A stretch of DNA of 64,000 bases. It comes from a virus. The stretch is taken from the IMG/VR virus record IMGVR_UViG_3300017987_000013, positions 1-64,000 of that record, one strand, 5' to 3'. Numbering within the stretch: position 1 is the first letter of the stretch; the number at the start of each line of letters is the position of its first letter. The notes under the pieces were generated by a model. The model searched no databases, was not told the DNA's origin, and worked only from the letters and a program-made list of their open reading frames with translations. Positions 48,330 to 57,383 of the stretch are shown piece after piece. A program made the translations under genes and the position numbers.

Positions 48330-49259
48330 TTACTCGTCGTCGCGCTCCTCATCTGCGTAGTGGTTGCCAGCGCAGATGATTCCAGCGGTCTCCATGTTGT
48401 CAACTGTCAGGTCATACGTAGTAGCACCGACAGCCGTGTTGAAATAGTTACCGAAGACGATACCAGAACCCAGACCACCACCGGAGTTCAGGAACTTAGT
48501 TCCCGACTCGGTTGTGACGTTTCCGGGTCCGTAAGTAAGGCCCTGGTGGTTCACCGACGCCGTGTGTACAATCCCGTTGGTGCAGTAGTTGAAGGTGCAG
48601 TCCTTCACTTGGTTGTTTGTGGGGTTATTTGTCGCGGTGGTCCAAAACTGGATTCCACCAACGAACCGAACCCCGGCATCGAGGTTGCCCTCGAATGAAC
48701 ACCCTTCGATTAGGCAGTTGCTACTGGCCCTAAACCGCAAGCCGTAGTCGCAGCCGGTACCCCAATCGGTGAACCTGCAATTCTTGAGGTGAGCACCCCA
48801 AACACCACCACCCGTCCCATCACCCATCTGCACCTGATAACTACCGGCAGCAGACCATCCGGTGTGGAACCCAAGGCCCTCGATGTAGCAAGCCTTTGAG
48901 ATGATGGCAGCGGGCTCAGTCGTGGATGAAGAGTAGTCAATGCAGAAATACTCTCCCATCGCCTTCGGAGCCAGCCCAAAACTCTGGGCAATAACGCTGA
49001 TTCCCGCCTTGTCGAATGTGACGGTCGATGTCACAGGCATGTAATCCCGTGCCACGTAAATCACGTCACCCCGATAATCAACACAAGCGTCAATTGCTTC
49101 CTGCAAAGTTGTGAAACAGACAGAATCGTCAACATCGTACCACTCGCGATCCGTGTTCCTGGCATCGCTGTCCGTGTTGTAGTTGACGTAGAAAGTTTTC
49201 CCACCCGGTCCCCCGTGAGGAGGACGCATGCCGTAGCGTTGCATATAGTCGCCAGCCAT
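48330..49259 (-). CDS. Right-handed beta-helix (pectate-lyase-like) virion protein, paralog 2
   Basis: 'TLQEAIDACVDYRGDVIYV' and 'KNCRF', 'IEGCSF', 'KDCTF' repeats. Confidence 0.8.
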   Translation of the reverse strand: MAGDYMQRYGMRPPHGGPGGKTFYVNYNTDSDARNTDREWYDVDDSVCFTTLQEAIDACVDYRGDVIYVARDYMPVTSTVTFDKAGISVIAQSFGLAPKAMGEYFCIDYSSSTTEPAAIISKACYIEGLGFHTGWSAAGSYQVQMGDGTGGGVWGAHLKNCRFTDWGTGCDYGLRFRASSNCLIEGCSFEGNLDAGVRFVGGIQFWTTATNNPTNNQVKDCTFNYCTNGIVHTASVNHQGLTYGPGNVTTESGTKFLNSGGGLGSGIVFGNYFNTAVGATTYDLTVDNMETAGIICAGNHYADEERDDE

Positions 49260-49271
49260 TTTGGGCCTCCT

Positions 49272-50204
49272 TTAGAATGGACCTTGGTTTTCGGTGGCGT
49301 ACTCATTCCCGACCAACTTCATCCCGAGAGCCTCAACATCAGGCGTCGACAGATCAAACGTGCCATTGCCAGGAGAAGTGATGAATGAGTTGCGGTGAAT
49401 GATCCCAGACGAACTCAGACTGTTGGTTTTCAGGAACTTGGACCCAGTCTCATTGGTCATGTTGCCAGGACCGTAGATCAGCCCCTGATGGTTCACTGAC
49501 GATCTGTGATCGATAGCATAGTCGCAGTAATCGAACGTACAGTCTTTGATCTGGTTGTTCGTTGGGTTGTTGGTTGAAGTCGTCCAGAAGTTGATCCCAG
49601 CCACGAACCGCTGTGCAGCGTCCCGATTGCCCTCAAAAGAGCAATTCTCGATCAAGTTGTTCGATCCAGCACGGAACCGAAGACCGTAGTCACATCCTGT
49701 GCCCCAGTCAGTGAATCGACAACTCTTGAGATGAGCACCCCAAACGCCACCACCAGTGCCGTCTCCCATCTGTACTTGGTAGCTATTGGCAGCCGACCAT
49801 CCCGTATGGAACCCGAGCCCGTAGATGAAGCAGGCTTTCGAGATAATAGCGGCCGGTTCGGTTGTGGTGCTTGAAAAATCGTGACAGAAATACTCGCCAT
49901 TCGCTTTCGGCGCTAGGCCGTAGTCCATCGCGATAACGCTGATCCCGTGCTTGTTGAACAGGAGTGAACTGGTAAGTGGCGTGTATGATCTACCAACGTA
50001 AATAACGTCGCCGCGATAATCGACACAATTGTCGATCGCGTCCTGCAAGTACTTCAGCGGACGGTCCTGCGTCCTACCGTCGCCAAAACCCTTGTCCCAA
50101 TTGTAATCCACAAACCACTGGTATTCGGTGTTGGCTTGCAACACTCCGCCGCCCTTCACCGGCACACCAAAACTGGTCAGTGGATTGATTCGCCTTCTTG
50201 GCAT
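49272..50204 (-). CDS. Right-handed beta-helix (pectate-lyase-like) virion protein, paralog 1
   Basis: 'DGRTQDRPLKYLQDAIDNCVDYRGDVIYV' and the same beta-helix repeats. Confidence 0.8.
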   Translation of the reverse strand: MPRRRINPLTSFGVPVKGGGVLQANTEYQWFVDYNWDKGFGDGRTQDRPLKYLQDAIDNCVDYRGDVIYVGRSYTPLTSSLLFNKHGISVIAMDYGLAPKANGEYFCHDFSSTTTEPAAIISKACFIYGLGFHTGWSAANSYQVQMGDGTGGGVWGAHLKSCRFTDWGTGCDYGLRFRAGSNNLIENCSFEGNRDAAQRFVAGINFWTTSTNNPTNNQIKDCTFDYCDYAIDHRSSVNHQGLIYGPGNMTNETGSKFLKTNSLSSSGIIHRNSFITSPGNGTFDLSTPDVEALGMKLVGNEYATENQGPF

Positions 50205-50430
50205 TTTTTACTTCTCCTTGCAGGCGAGTACCGGCCCGCCGCCGTAGTCTGGTTAGAAGTCCTTCTGGGCAGATTTAACAATCCCGGTAATTCATCCACC
50301 CTTTTCTTTTGTTGGCGGGCGGGGCCGTTACCAGCCCCACCCTAGCAAACACCAAAAGGGAGACCAGGGCCCAAGCCCCGTCTCCCGCAGAACCCGCCCT
50401 TCCGGGCAGGCACGAACACTACTCAAAATG
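50205..50430 (-). ncRNA. Candidate structured RNA (multiple stable hairpins)
   Basis: CCTGCCC-GGAA-GGGCGGG; GGGAGAC...GTCTCCC; GGGTGGGGCTG-GTAA-CGGCCCCGCCC; GGCGGG...CTCGCC, all in a non-coding gap. Confidence 0.4.
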
Positions 50431-51132
50431 CTAAGTGACGTGTTTCCAGGTCTGCCGATCGACGATTCGACGAACCGTCGTGTGGCTGACACCGTACTTC
50501 TTTGCGATCTGTCGATTACTGACACCACCTGCCGCAGCTTCCGCCCTAATAGCCCTAACGTCAGACTCTGTGACGGTGGCGCTAGGATGATCTTCTCCAA
50601 AGGGTCGCCGTCCCGAAAAACCGACATCACCAACTGGCAAATGCGTCCAGACTTCGCCTTTGACAATCTGGCTAATGAGCCCCTGCGAAACACCATACTC
50701 CTTGGCCAACGCAGACTGCGAACCCCATTGCCCTTGATACCGCTCACGGATCTCCACGACTTGAGCATCAGTGAGTTTAGCGCGGCCATGACCTGCGCCA
50801 CGCTTATGCAGCCCAATCGCGTAAGCATGGGCGGTATTTTCGGCCTCCGTGACCCATTCCAAATTTTCTGGACGGTTGTCGGACTTGATTCCATTTTTGT
50901 GGTTGACGACCTGTCCCTTAATTGGCGGGCGCCCATGAAACGCCTCGGCAACCAAGGCATGCACACGGACCCGGAAGACAACGTAGAGATAGTCATCCCC
51001 CCGAGTGTTTTGCTTGAGGACGTGCCCAGGCATACGGTCGTTAGACAGTTTGCGTCGCACACGCCCCAAGCTTGAAACCTCATGATCCGGCCACCTCGAT
51101 ACATCCCGCCATTCCTCTCTTCTTTCTTCCAT
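50431..51132 (-). CDS. NUMOD4-HNH homing endonuclease with two C-terminal HTH repeats
   Basis: 'EEWRDV...HEVSSLGRVR', 'VHALVAEAF...VNHKNGIKSDNRPENLEWVT..EN..HA', then two HTH modules. Confidence 0.9.
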   Translation of the reverse strand: MEERREEWRDVSRWPDHEVSSLGRVRRKLSNDRMPGHVLKQNTRGDDYLYVVFRVRVHALVAEAFHGRPPIKGQVVNHKNGIKSDNRPENLEWVTEAENTAHAYAIGLHKRGAGHGRAKLTDAQVVEIRERYQGQWGSQSALAKEYGVSQGLISQIVKGEVWTHLPVGDVGFSGRRPFGEDHPSATVTESDVRAIRAEAAAGGVSNRQIAKKYGVSHTTVRRIVDRQTWKHVT

Positions 51133-51181
51133 CTGGCCCGCCTCTGCTAAGATGATGTAGACACAGTATGTGCTTCCACCA

Positions 51182-51210
51182 ATCTTAGTAGATGGCAGGC
51201 TGTTTGTCAA
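51182..51210 (-). promoter_or_regulatory. Sigma70 promoter for the HNH gene
   Basis: TTGACA-17 bp-TAAGAT begins immediately after the capsid stop codon. Confidence 0.65.
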
Positions 51211-52533
51211 CTAATAGTTGGGTACCGGATCCCAGCCGGAGTCCGTCACGTCCGTCGTGATTCCGGTCAGAGCGCCGTTCGCACCGCGGTTGTTGCACAC
51301 GTAGTTCATGTACTCGAGTACGTACGCTTCCATGCCGTCGTAGTTCGCGATACGCGCCCACATCGAACCGTCCTGATCTTCGAAATCGGCGTCCTTGCCC
51401 AGCGGGATCCGTTTCAGCGAATCCATGTAGAAGGTCGCGAATACGTCATGGTAGAAGAAATTGTCTTTCCGGGCTTCCATATTCCCGATGGTCACGCCGG
51501 TCCAACCACCTTTCAGCTGTCCGCCGAGATTCGACTGCTGCTGGTACGCCATGAGCGTACGGGCGAGCTGTGCGATTACGGACCCGTGGCCCACGCACAT
51601 ATGAGTCTGCGGCGTCACGTCCATGTGGCTCTTCGAAGAGAGCTGGAGGTGATGCTCCTGCACTTCAAGGTGATCGAATGTGGTAGAAGCGACACGGTAA
51701 GGCTTCCAGTTCTCCCACGTCCCTTCGGCGATGCCGAAGACGGTCGTGCTGTCACCAGCGGGATCGAGAATCGTCCCGACTCCGTTCGGAGTGAGGTTCC
51801 GCTCGGTAGCGAAGTAGTCCGTGCCGATGTTGTTGGTTGTCGCCATGTAGATCAGGTCGTCGGCAGCCAACGTGTCGCCAGGCTCCCAAGTGGACGCTGC
51901 ATCCATGGTGACGGTGTTTGTCGAGTAATCGACGTCAGAAACCACACCTGCACCCTCAATCGCACTATCCCCAACATCGTACCACGCCAGAATGGCGCCC
52001 TTGGAGATGTGCATGCACGGGTTGGTATCTTCGTTCCCGTATCCGTCTTTCATGACAAACACGGTTGAGCTGGTGCGGCTCGAGACCTTACCCAACAGCC
52101 CTGAAGCGGCACCGATAACATGCCTGATGGTCATGTTCTTCCACGAAGACCACAACAGCCGGTACAAACGTACGTCCTGGTCCTCGTAGGATCCCGGCCC
52201 GGTTGCCCGTGCCGATACAAAGTTGTCCTTCGCGATCCGCGAGTAACGACGGATAGGCGTCACGTCGTACTCAACGGTGTCCATCCCCTGAAAGTCGGGA
52301 ATCTGTCCTTCGGTTGACATGCCGGCTGTCTTGAACTGCAGATCGACAGCACCATGCATGGTATCACCTGAGAAGTGGTACTCCCCAGCCCCTAAGTCTT
52401 CGAACAGATCGGCTGTCGGCGAGCTCCGCGGCACTGCGTCCACGACCTCACCGAGAAATATGTCATGTACCTGTTCGGAAATATCAGCGAGCCCCTGCAC
52501 CTGCGACTGCTGGCTCCCGTAATAGTCCGCCAT
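51211..52533 (-). CDS. Major capsid protein
   Basis: 440 aa after portal and scaffold, strong GAGGAG SD; C-terminal 'YMNYVCNNRGANGALTGI' resembles HK97-fold capsid ends. Confidence 0.85.
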   Translation of the reverse strand: MADYYGSQQSQVQGLADISEQVHDIFLGEVVDAVPRSSPTADLFEDLGAGEYHFSGDTMHGAVDLQFKTAGMSTEGQIPDFQGMDTVEYDVTPIRRYSRIAKDNFVSARATGPGSYEDQDVRLYRLLWSSWKNMTIRHVIGAASGLLGKVSSRTSSTVFVMKDGYGNEDTNPCMHISKGAILAWYDVGDSAIEGAGVVSDVDYSTNTVTMDAASTWEPGDTLAADDLIYMATTNNIGTDYFATERNLTPNGVGTILDPAGDSTTVFGIAEGTWENWKPYRVASTTFDHLEVQEHHLQLSSKSHMDVTPQTHMCVGHGSVIAQLARTLMAYQQQSNLGGQLKGGWTGVTIGNMEARKDNFFYHDVFATFYMDSLKRIPLGKDADFEDQDGSMWARIANYDGMEAYVLEYMNYVCNNRGANGALTGITTDVTDSGWDPVPNY

Positions 52534-52577
52534 TTTATCGAACTCCTCGCCGTCCTACGGCGTTGCTAACGTTCCCC

Positions 52578-53957
52578 TTACCTGCGCATAGCCGCTCTTT
52601 GCCGCGCCTTTTCGCGGATACGGTTCTCGGCTGCGCGTTGTCTTTGCTGCGGAGTCTCTTCCGAAGGGGCAGGCCCGTCGTTTTGGGACGCCGGTTGGGC
52701 GGTTGTGTCGCGCGCTGCAGCGGTAAGGTTCCCGATCGGACTGGGACGGGGAACGTCGCCTCGCCTATTCGCGAGATCAGCCAGCACCTCGTTGCGAATC
52801 TCCTCGCGAAGTTTCGCCATTCGTTTTTCTTCTGCGGCCTTTTCGGCGACAGCCTTCTCTTCCTGCGCTGTTTTCTGCGCTTTTGCTTCCTGCATTGCCT
52901 TTATTGCTGGCTCATGCTGGAACAACTGGGCGCGGAAAAATCTATTGAACGCGTTGTGCACGCTCTGGGCATTCCCGGGTTTTACGTCGGGAATCTGATG
53001 TTTCGTCAGTTTGTAATCGAACAGGTCGATGGCCTCATTGAACCATTCCTGATATTGCGGGTGATTCAGCAACGAATCACCGAGGTATTTCTGGTTTGCA
53101 GCGGCTTGGTCAACAAACTGCTGGCGGACTTCAGCCGCTTCTGCGGCTTGCGACTCTTCGGTCTCTTTCGTGCGTTGATCGACACGAGCCTGGAATTCCT
53201 GTTGGGCGATGTCGTGATAGCCCTGAGACGCACCCCGCCAGTACGCTTCCGCCGTGCCCTCAGCGACCTCCTGGTTTTGCTCCATTTCCTTCAGTCGCGT
53301 GAATTCGGCACGAGCTGCCTGGCCCTGTTCGGACGATTCCCACTTCCGCCATGCAGTTTGATCGGCCGCAGTGCGGTCGTTTCTCTCGTGAAGTTCTTGG
53401 ATTTGTTTTCTGTACTCAGCCAGTTGCGTCTGTGTGGCTTCGAGATCCGCTTGGTTCTGCTTCACGTTGCTGTTCATCAAAGCCCGCACCATCCGAGCAC
53501 TCATTTCATCAGCCACGCGGATCTTCGACTGGTTCTGGTACTGCGGCAGGTTCGGGTTGACATCAACCTCTACGTACTGCGACTCCCCAGATTCGCCCTC
53601 CGGCTTCTCCCCTTCCTCTTCACCACTCTCCGCTGGTGCCTCGGGCTCGCCTTCCGCGGGTTCCGCAGCCCCTTCCTCCTCACCTGCTTTACTTTCCTGT
53701 TCACCTACTTGCGACGCAGCAGCAGCTTGCTCGGCGGCCTCACGCCGCTTACGTGCCCGCTCCCGCACTGCGTTCTCGAAATCCTTCATGGTTGGCGGTT
53801 TCGCAGGCTTTTCAGCGGGCGTACCACCTTCTACGGGGGCCTCTGTTGGTGTGGCCTCCGGAGTCTGCGCTACTTCAGCAGCTGTATCTTCTGCAGCGGC
53901 TGCAGGGGTCTCGGCGACGGGCGTTTCGCTGGTCGCGGCTACTCCTTCTTCTGCCAT
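52578..53957 (-). CDS. Capsid scaffolding protein
   Basis: Acidic E/A/P-rich N-terminus and coiled coils; lies between portal and capsid. Confidence 0.8.
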   Translation of the reverse strand: MAEEGVAATSETPVAETPAAAAEDTAAEVAQTPEATPTEAPVEGGTPAEKPAKPPTMKDFENAVRERARKRREAAEQAAAASQVGEQESKAGEEEGAAEPAEGEPEAPAESGEEEGEKPEGESGESQYVEVDVNPNLPQYQNQSKIRVADEMSARMVRALMNSNVKQNQADLEATQTQLAEYRKQIQELHERNDRTAADQTAWRKWESSEQGQAARAEFTRLKEMEQNQEVAEGTAEAYWRGASQGYHDIAQQEFQARVDQRTKETEESQAAEAAEVRQQFVDQAAANQKYLGDSLLNHPQYQEWFNEAIDLFDYKLTKHQIPDVKPGNAQSVHNAFNRFFRAQLFQHEPAIKAMQEAKAQKTAQEEKAVAEKAAEEKRMAKLREEIRNEVLADLANRRGDVPRPSPIGNLTAAARDTTAQPASQNDGPAPSEETPQQRQRAAENRIREKARQRAAMRR

Positions 53958-53978
53958 CTTCTCTCCCTCGTGTCTGTC

Positions 53979-56186
53979 CTACCCAAGAACGGCACCACCG
54001 CCCGTTTGAGCCATTTCATTAGCTACAGCTCTTTCATCGGACTGTTTTGGTGCGGTCCCCGCCGGCTGGTCGTTTTGTGGCTGCGCACCCATCATTTGCG
54101 CCGCTATCTTGGCCTGCCAAGCGTAATATCCGTCTAACCGACGCAATGCAGCGTGCCGCGCAATAGGGTCGGCGGTTTCATCTTGTGTGATTTCGGTGAG
54201 TGAATTGATGTGTGCCTGCAGATCGTCGTTCCGCATGATCGGGTAGGACAGTTCCACTTGTTTCCATACCGCGAGAGCATACTGTTTCACCCACGGATGG
54301 TTCATGCCCCACTCTTCGAACCCAGTGTTTTCGCGAATATCGTCCGCAAGAACGTGGAACTTACTGGCGATTTCTTTGGCCCTGCGTAGCGCAACAACCT
54401 TCGGTTCGGCCCGGTGCACAAAAATGTCTTGGTTGGGATATGCGCGCCGCGCCTCTTCGGTGAGCAAAAACGGCATGCCATCACCGCCACGAACCTGCAT
54501 CAATTCCAATAGTTCCTGAGCCCTGAGTTCCGGACTCGGACCAAAGGAATTAACCATTCTATATGAGGGCGGCCGATCAGACAGCTTCGTACGATCGATG
54601 TACGGTTCTGCCATGTGCTGGTAATCGTCGCCGACTATGTCCACCATCATGCCGATGTCGCCGTACATCTTCATCTGTTTCCAGTTCTTCTGTGCGAAAT
54701 TGCACATCGAACGGCGGAATCGCATGTTGACAGGCGCATGTACACTATTGTCAGCCACCTGCAGAGCCATGATCGCCTTGGCGGCCTGTCTCGAGCCAGC
54801 TGACTCACCGCGAGATGCTGCCTGATACCCGCCACCACGCCAAATCGCCTGTCGTTTCTCGGCGATCGTTTTCTCAAGACCAGTCAGGACTTCGGCGGGC
54901 CACTGCGGCACGCGCGGCGTAAATCCACCCAGGCTCGGATCGACCTCGATAATGTCGTAACCGTTTAGGTTCAGCATATCGCTAGGCAAGGCACCGCCCG
55001 GCGCGATCATCGGCGTATTCTTCATCTTCTGCAGATATTCCCAATACTCCGACAACGCGATGTTGAGATCGACCTGATTCGAGTCGAGATCCTCAATCCA
55101 CGGCTTACCGAGAACATCGTCGCTACGCTGATGAGAATAGATATTCTCAAAAGAGAAATCCCCGCCCGGAAGCTCGTTGTCGTACAGCAGAACCGGATTG
55201 CGCATCCGCGACCGTTCGGTGGTCACTTCAGGTACCGCGATGATCTGTAGCCTGCCGCGCGGCCAAGCCGTCTCGAATCCAGGCGCTACCTCACGGCAAA
55301 CGATGGTCATCAGTTCTTCGGGTTGCCGACTACGGTGTGTATCACCAACGACCGCCGACCCGTGTCTACCGATGCCATCAAGATTCCATTTCGATGCTAT
55401 CCGTTGCCACTGCGACGCACTCGGCACCCGATCAGTGCCCTGAAGCTCCATAACACCCGGCATATGGCCGAAAGTGTCACGAACCGCCTGCGCTGGCAGC
55501 ACACGTCCATATGAACACCAATGGACTGACCCACGTTTCGAACCGTTGTTGAACACCGTGTCAAACGGGTTCCCAACCCATATTTCGACATGACCGGCTT
55601 TGCCGTCCAATAGATGTTCGATCTGGGCCATGGGGCCGTCTGTGGCAGCGTGATTGATGGGCTCGTGCTGGGTGTAGGAGTTTTCGCACCAATATGTATG
55701 GATTGGGCAAAAACCCGTCGACATCGACATATAGAGCGCGTCGGCGGCCTTACCGTTCAAGTCTTGAGTCCATGCTATGGAATTGATCCACAGCGAATCC
55801 ATTAAAGCCTTCTCACGCGACCGTCTGTCTTGACGTGAGTCAGCGTGAAACTTGAAAGGTGTGGATGTATGGTGGGCTACAGCGTTGTCGACGATCAATC
55901 GAAGGAGGTTTTCTGATTTCTTGTACGGTGAGATGAAGTCCGGAATGACCAGCTTGGTGCTGTCGTACAGTTCGGCAAACTGTAAATCGCCTGATCCATC
56001 TACATGCAACAACAACTTTTCAGACAGAAGATCGCGCCGTCGCCTCGCCTCAAGGCCAGCGAGGTGCATCTCCATGATTTCTTTGGCTGTACTGTCGTTC
56101 GTAACTCGTTGAGCATCGGAAAGCTGGTTTTGCTCAAGAACAGGAGCGACAACCACAGACTCTTCTATAGGCGCGATCGCGGTCAT
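53979..56186 (-). CDS. Portal protein
   Basis: 735 aa, first gene of the head module; helical with a Q-rich C-terminal end. Confidence 0.8.
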   Translation of the reverse strand: MTAIAPIEESVVVAPVLEQNQLSDAQRVTNDSTAKEIMEMHLAGLEARRRRDLLSEKLLLHVDGSGDLQFAELYDSTKLVIPDFISPYKKSENLLRLIVDNAVAHHTSTPFKFHADSRQDRRSREKALMDSLWINSIAWTQDLNGKAADALYMSMSTGFCPIHTYWCENSYTQHEPINHAATDGPMAQIEHLLDGKAGHVEIWVGNPFDTVFNNGSKRGSVHWCSYGRVLPAQAVRDTFGHMPGVMELQGTDRVPSASQWQRIASKWNLDGIGRHGSAVVGDTHRSRQPEELMTIVCREVAPGFETAWPRGRLQIIAVPEVTTERSRMRNPVLLYDNELPGGDFSFENIYSHQRSDDVLGKPWIEDLDSNQVDLNIALSEYWEYLQKMKNTPMIAPGGALPSDMLNLNGYDIIEVDPSLGGFTPRVPQWPAEVLTGLEKTIAEKRQAIWRGGGYQAASRGESAGSRQAAKAIMALQVADNSVHAPVNMRFRRSMCNFAQKNWKQMKMYGDIGMMVDIVGDDYQHMAEPYIDRTKLSDRPPSYRMVNSFGPSPELRAQELLELMQVRGGDGMPFLLTEEARRAYPNQDIFVHRAEPKVVALRRAKEIASKFHVLADDIRENTGFEEWGMNHPWVKQYALAVWKQVELSYPIMRNDDLQAHINSLTEITQDETADPIARHAALRRLDGYYAWQAKIAAQMMGAQPQNDQPAGTAPKQSDERAVANEMAQTGGGAVLG

Positions 56187-56290
56187 TTTGCCCCGTAAAC
56201 GAGAAACCCCGGAAGCATAAATGCTCCCAGGGCTGTGATTACCTGCTTTCCAGCAGGGTCATGCTATCCGGAACTTCTACTGGACTGCCG

Positions 56291-56326
56291 TATTGGCACA
56301 TTACTGCCAATAAGACAGGGTGTCAA
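56291..56326 (-). promoter_or_regulatory. Sigma70 promoter for the head operon with overlapping operator
   Basis: TTGACA(56326-56321)-17 bp-TAATGT(56303-56298). A perfect inverted repeat TATTGGCA-N6-TGCCAATA straddles the -10. Confidence 0.7.
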
Positions 56327-56365
56327 GCGTAGGGTACTGGTACAGTTTGACTTCCATGGGAGTGG

Positions 56366-56809
56366 TTAGCGCCGCCGGGCTTCAATGGTCCGGATGATAC
56401 GCCGTGCCGTACCTTCTATGTCGCGACCCGCATCAGACTCCCAGAAACGGAGGACGGTCCATCCCTTGCTTTCCAGCGCCTCCGTCGCCAAGGTGTCACG
56501 TTCGGTGTTTCGCTGAAACTTGCCGATCCAGTAGTCCTTGTTGGGTGTCTTCATGCGCTCGCGCACCACCCCAGGGCCACGTTCGCGCAGCAGCCGCCCG
56601 TGCCAGTAATCACCGTCCACGAATACGGCCACCTTCTCGGTCGGGAACACAAAGTCCGGCGTGCCGGGCAGATCTGCGGCGTACTTGCGGTAGCGGTAGC
56701 CGAGGCGGTGAACAAGCTTGCGGAGGGCAGTCTCTGTCTGGTTGCCCGTTGACCTGATGGCTGACATGTTGCGGGCAATCTCGTGCCGGGGCTTTGGCCG
56801 GTAGGTCAC
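56366..56809 (-). CDS. vsr: Very-short-patch repair endonuclease
   Basis: 'NMSAIRSTGNQTE', 'LPGTPDFVF', 'VFVDGDYWHG', 'RNTERD' and 'GWTVLRFWE'. Confidence 0.95.
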   Translation of the reverse strand: MTYRPKPRHEIARNMSAIRSTGNQTETALRKLVHRLGYRYRKYAADLPGTPDFVFPTEKVAVFVDGDYWHGRLLRERGPGVVRERMKTPNKDYWIGKFQRNTERDTLATEALESKGWTVLRFWESDAGRDIEGTARRIIRTIEARRR

Positions 56810-56810
56810 G

Positions 56811-57383
56811 CTACGAGCCAAACTTACCACGCAGCCACTTGAAGACGGCTTCTTGTTCTTCGATCCCGGCGCGTCTGACTTGCGACAGAAGCCAAATGGT
56901 GCTCGGCTTCTCGCTAGTGATGTTCTTCGCGCCCTGATTGCAGGTAGAGCACAGGGTGCGCAGGTTGGATAGTTCGTCCTTGCCGCCAAGGCTCTTGTCT
57001 TTGATGTGACCGATGTGGAGCCGCACCTTGCGTCCCGTGGCCGGGTCGACGTCGCCTGGGGTGAGCCCGCACATCTGGCATGTGAACCCATTGCGGTCGA
57101 GTACCTGCGCCCTGAGCTTCGCAGAGATGTTACGTGCGACCTTGGGGATGTCGAACGTTGGTGGCGGTTCCCGGACCATGTACTGTCCAGGCTTAAGACT
57201 TGTGCTATCGTGATGCGAGAGGATCTTCCATCCCTCATCCTCCCGTAGCTCGCGTAGACGGCGGCTGTATTGCACCGCACCACCCGCGGCCTCTTGGATC
57301 TCATGGGACTCAATGACGCGCCCGACATTGGCACAGAGGAACCGGCGGATCTTCTCTTTACCACTTCTAGTCTTTGGGCTCAT
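56811..57383 (-). CDS. HNH restriction endonuclease (KpnI-like architecture)
   Basis: 'FLCANVGRVI...RRLRELREDEGWKILS', 'CQMCG...GDVDP', 'HIGHI..KSLGG...NLRTLCSTCN'. ATGA-coupled to the MTase. Confidence 0.75.
   Translation of the reverse strand: MSPKTRSGKEKIRRFLCANVGRVIESHEIQEAAGGAVQYSRRLRELREDEGWKILSHHDSTSLKPGQYMVREPPPTFDIPKVARNISAKLRAQVLDRNGFTCQMCGLTPGDVDPATGRKVRLHIGHIKDKSLGGKDELSNLRTLCSTCNQGAKNITSEKPSTIWLLSQVRRAGIEEQEAVFKWLRGKFGS

Noticed and set aside
48330-50204. DGR template/target pair
   Set aside because: Both copies are full ORFs, the differences are not adenine-specific and no RT is present.
50205-51210. Group I intron containing the HNH
   Set aside because: The capsid gene ends naturally, and I found no convincing P7 R/S pair or interrupted exon.
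50431-52533. Amber readthrough producing a capsid-HNH fusion (HNH ORF is in frame right after the TAG)
   Set aside because: The TTG 'start' is the -35 box of a consensus promoter, the HNH has its own ATG at 51132, and no CUA-anticodon tRNA is present.
52563-54137. 524-aa + strand ORF and other long antisense ORFs (e.g. 29523-30368, 60397-61347)
   Set aside because: They are antisense shadows of well-supported - strand genes in GC-rich DNA, with no SD or motifs.
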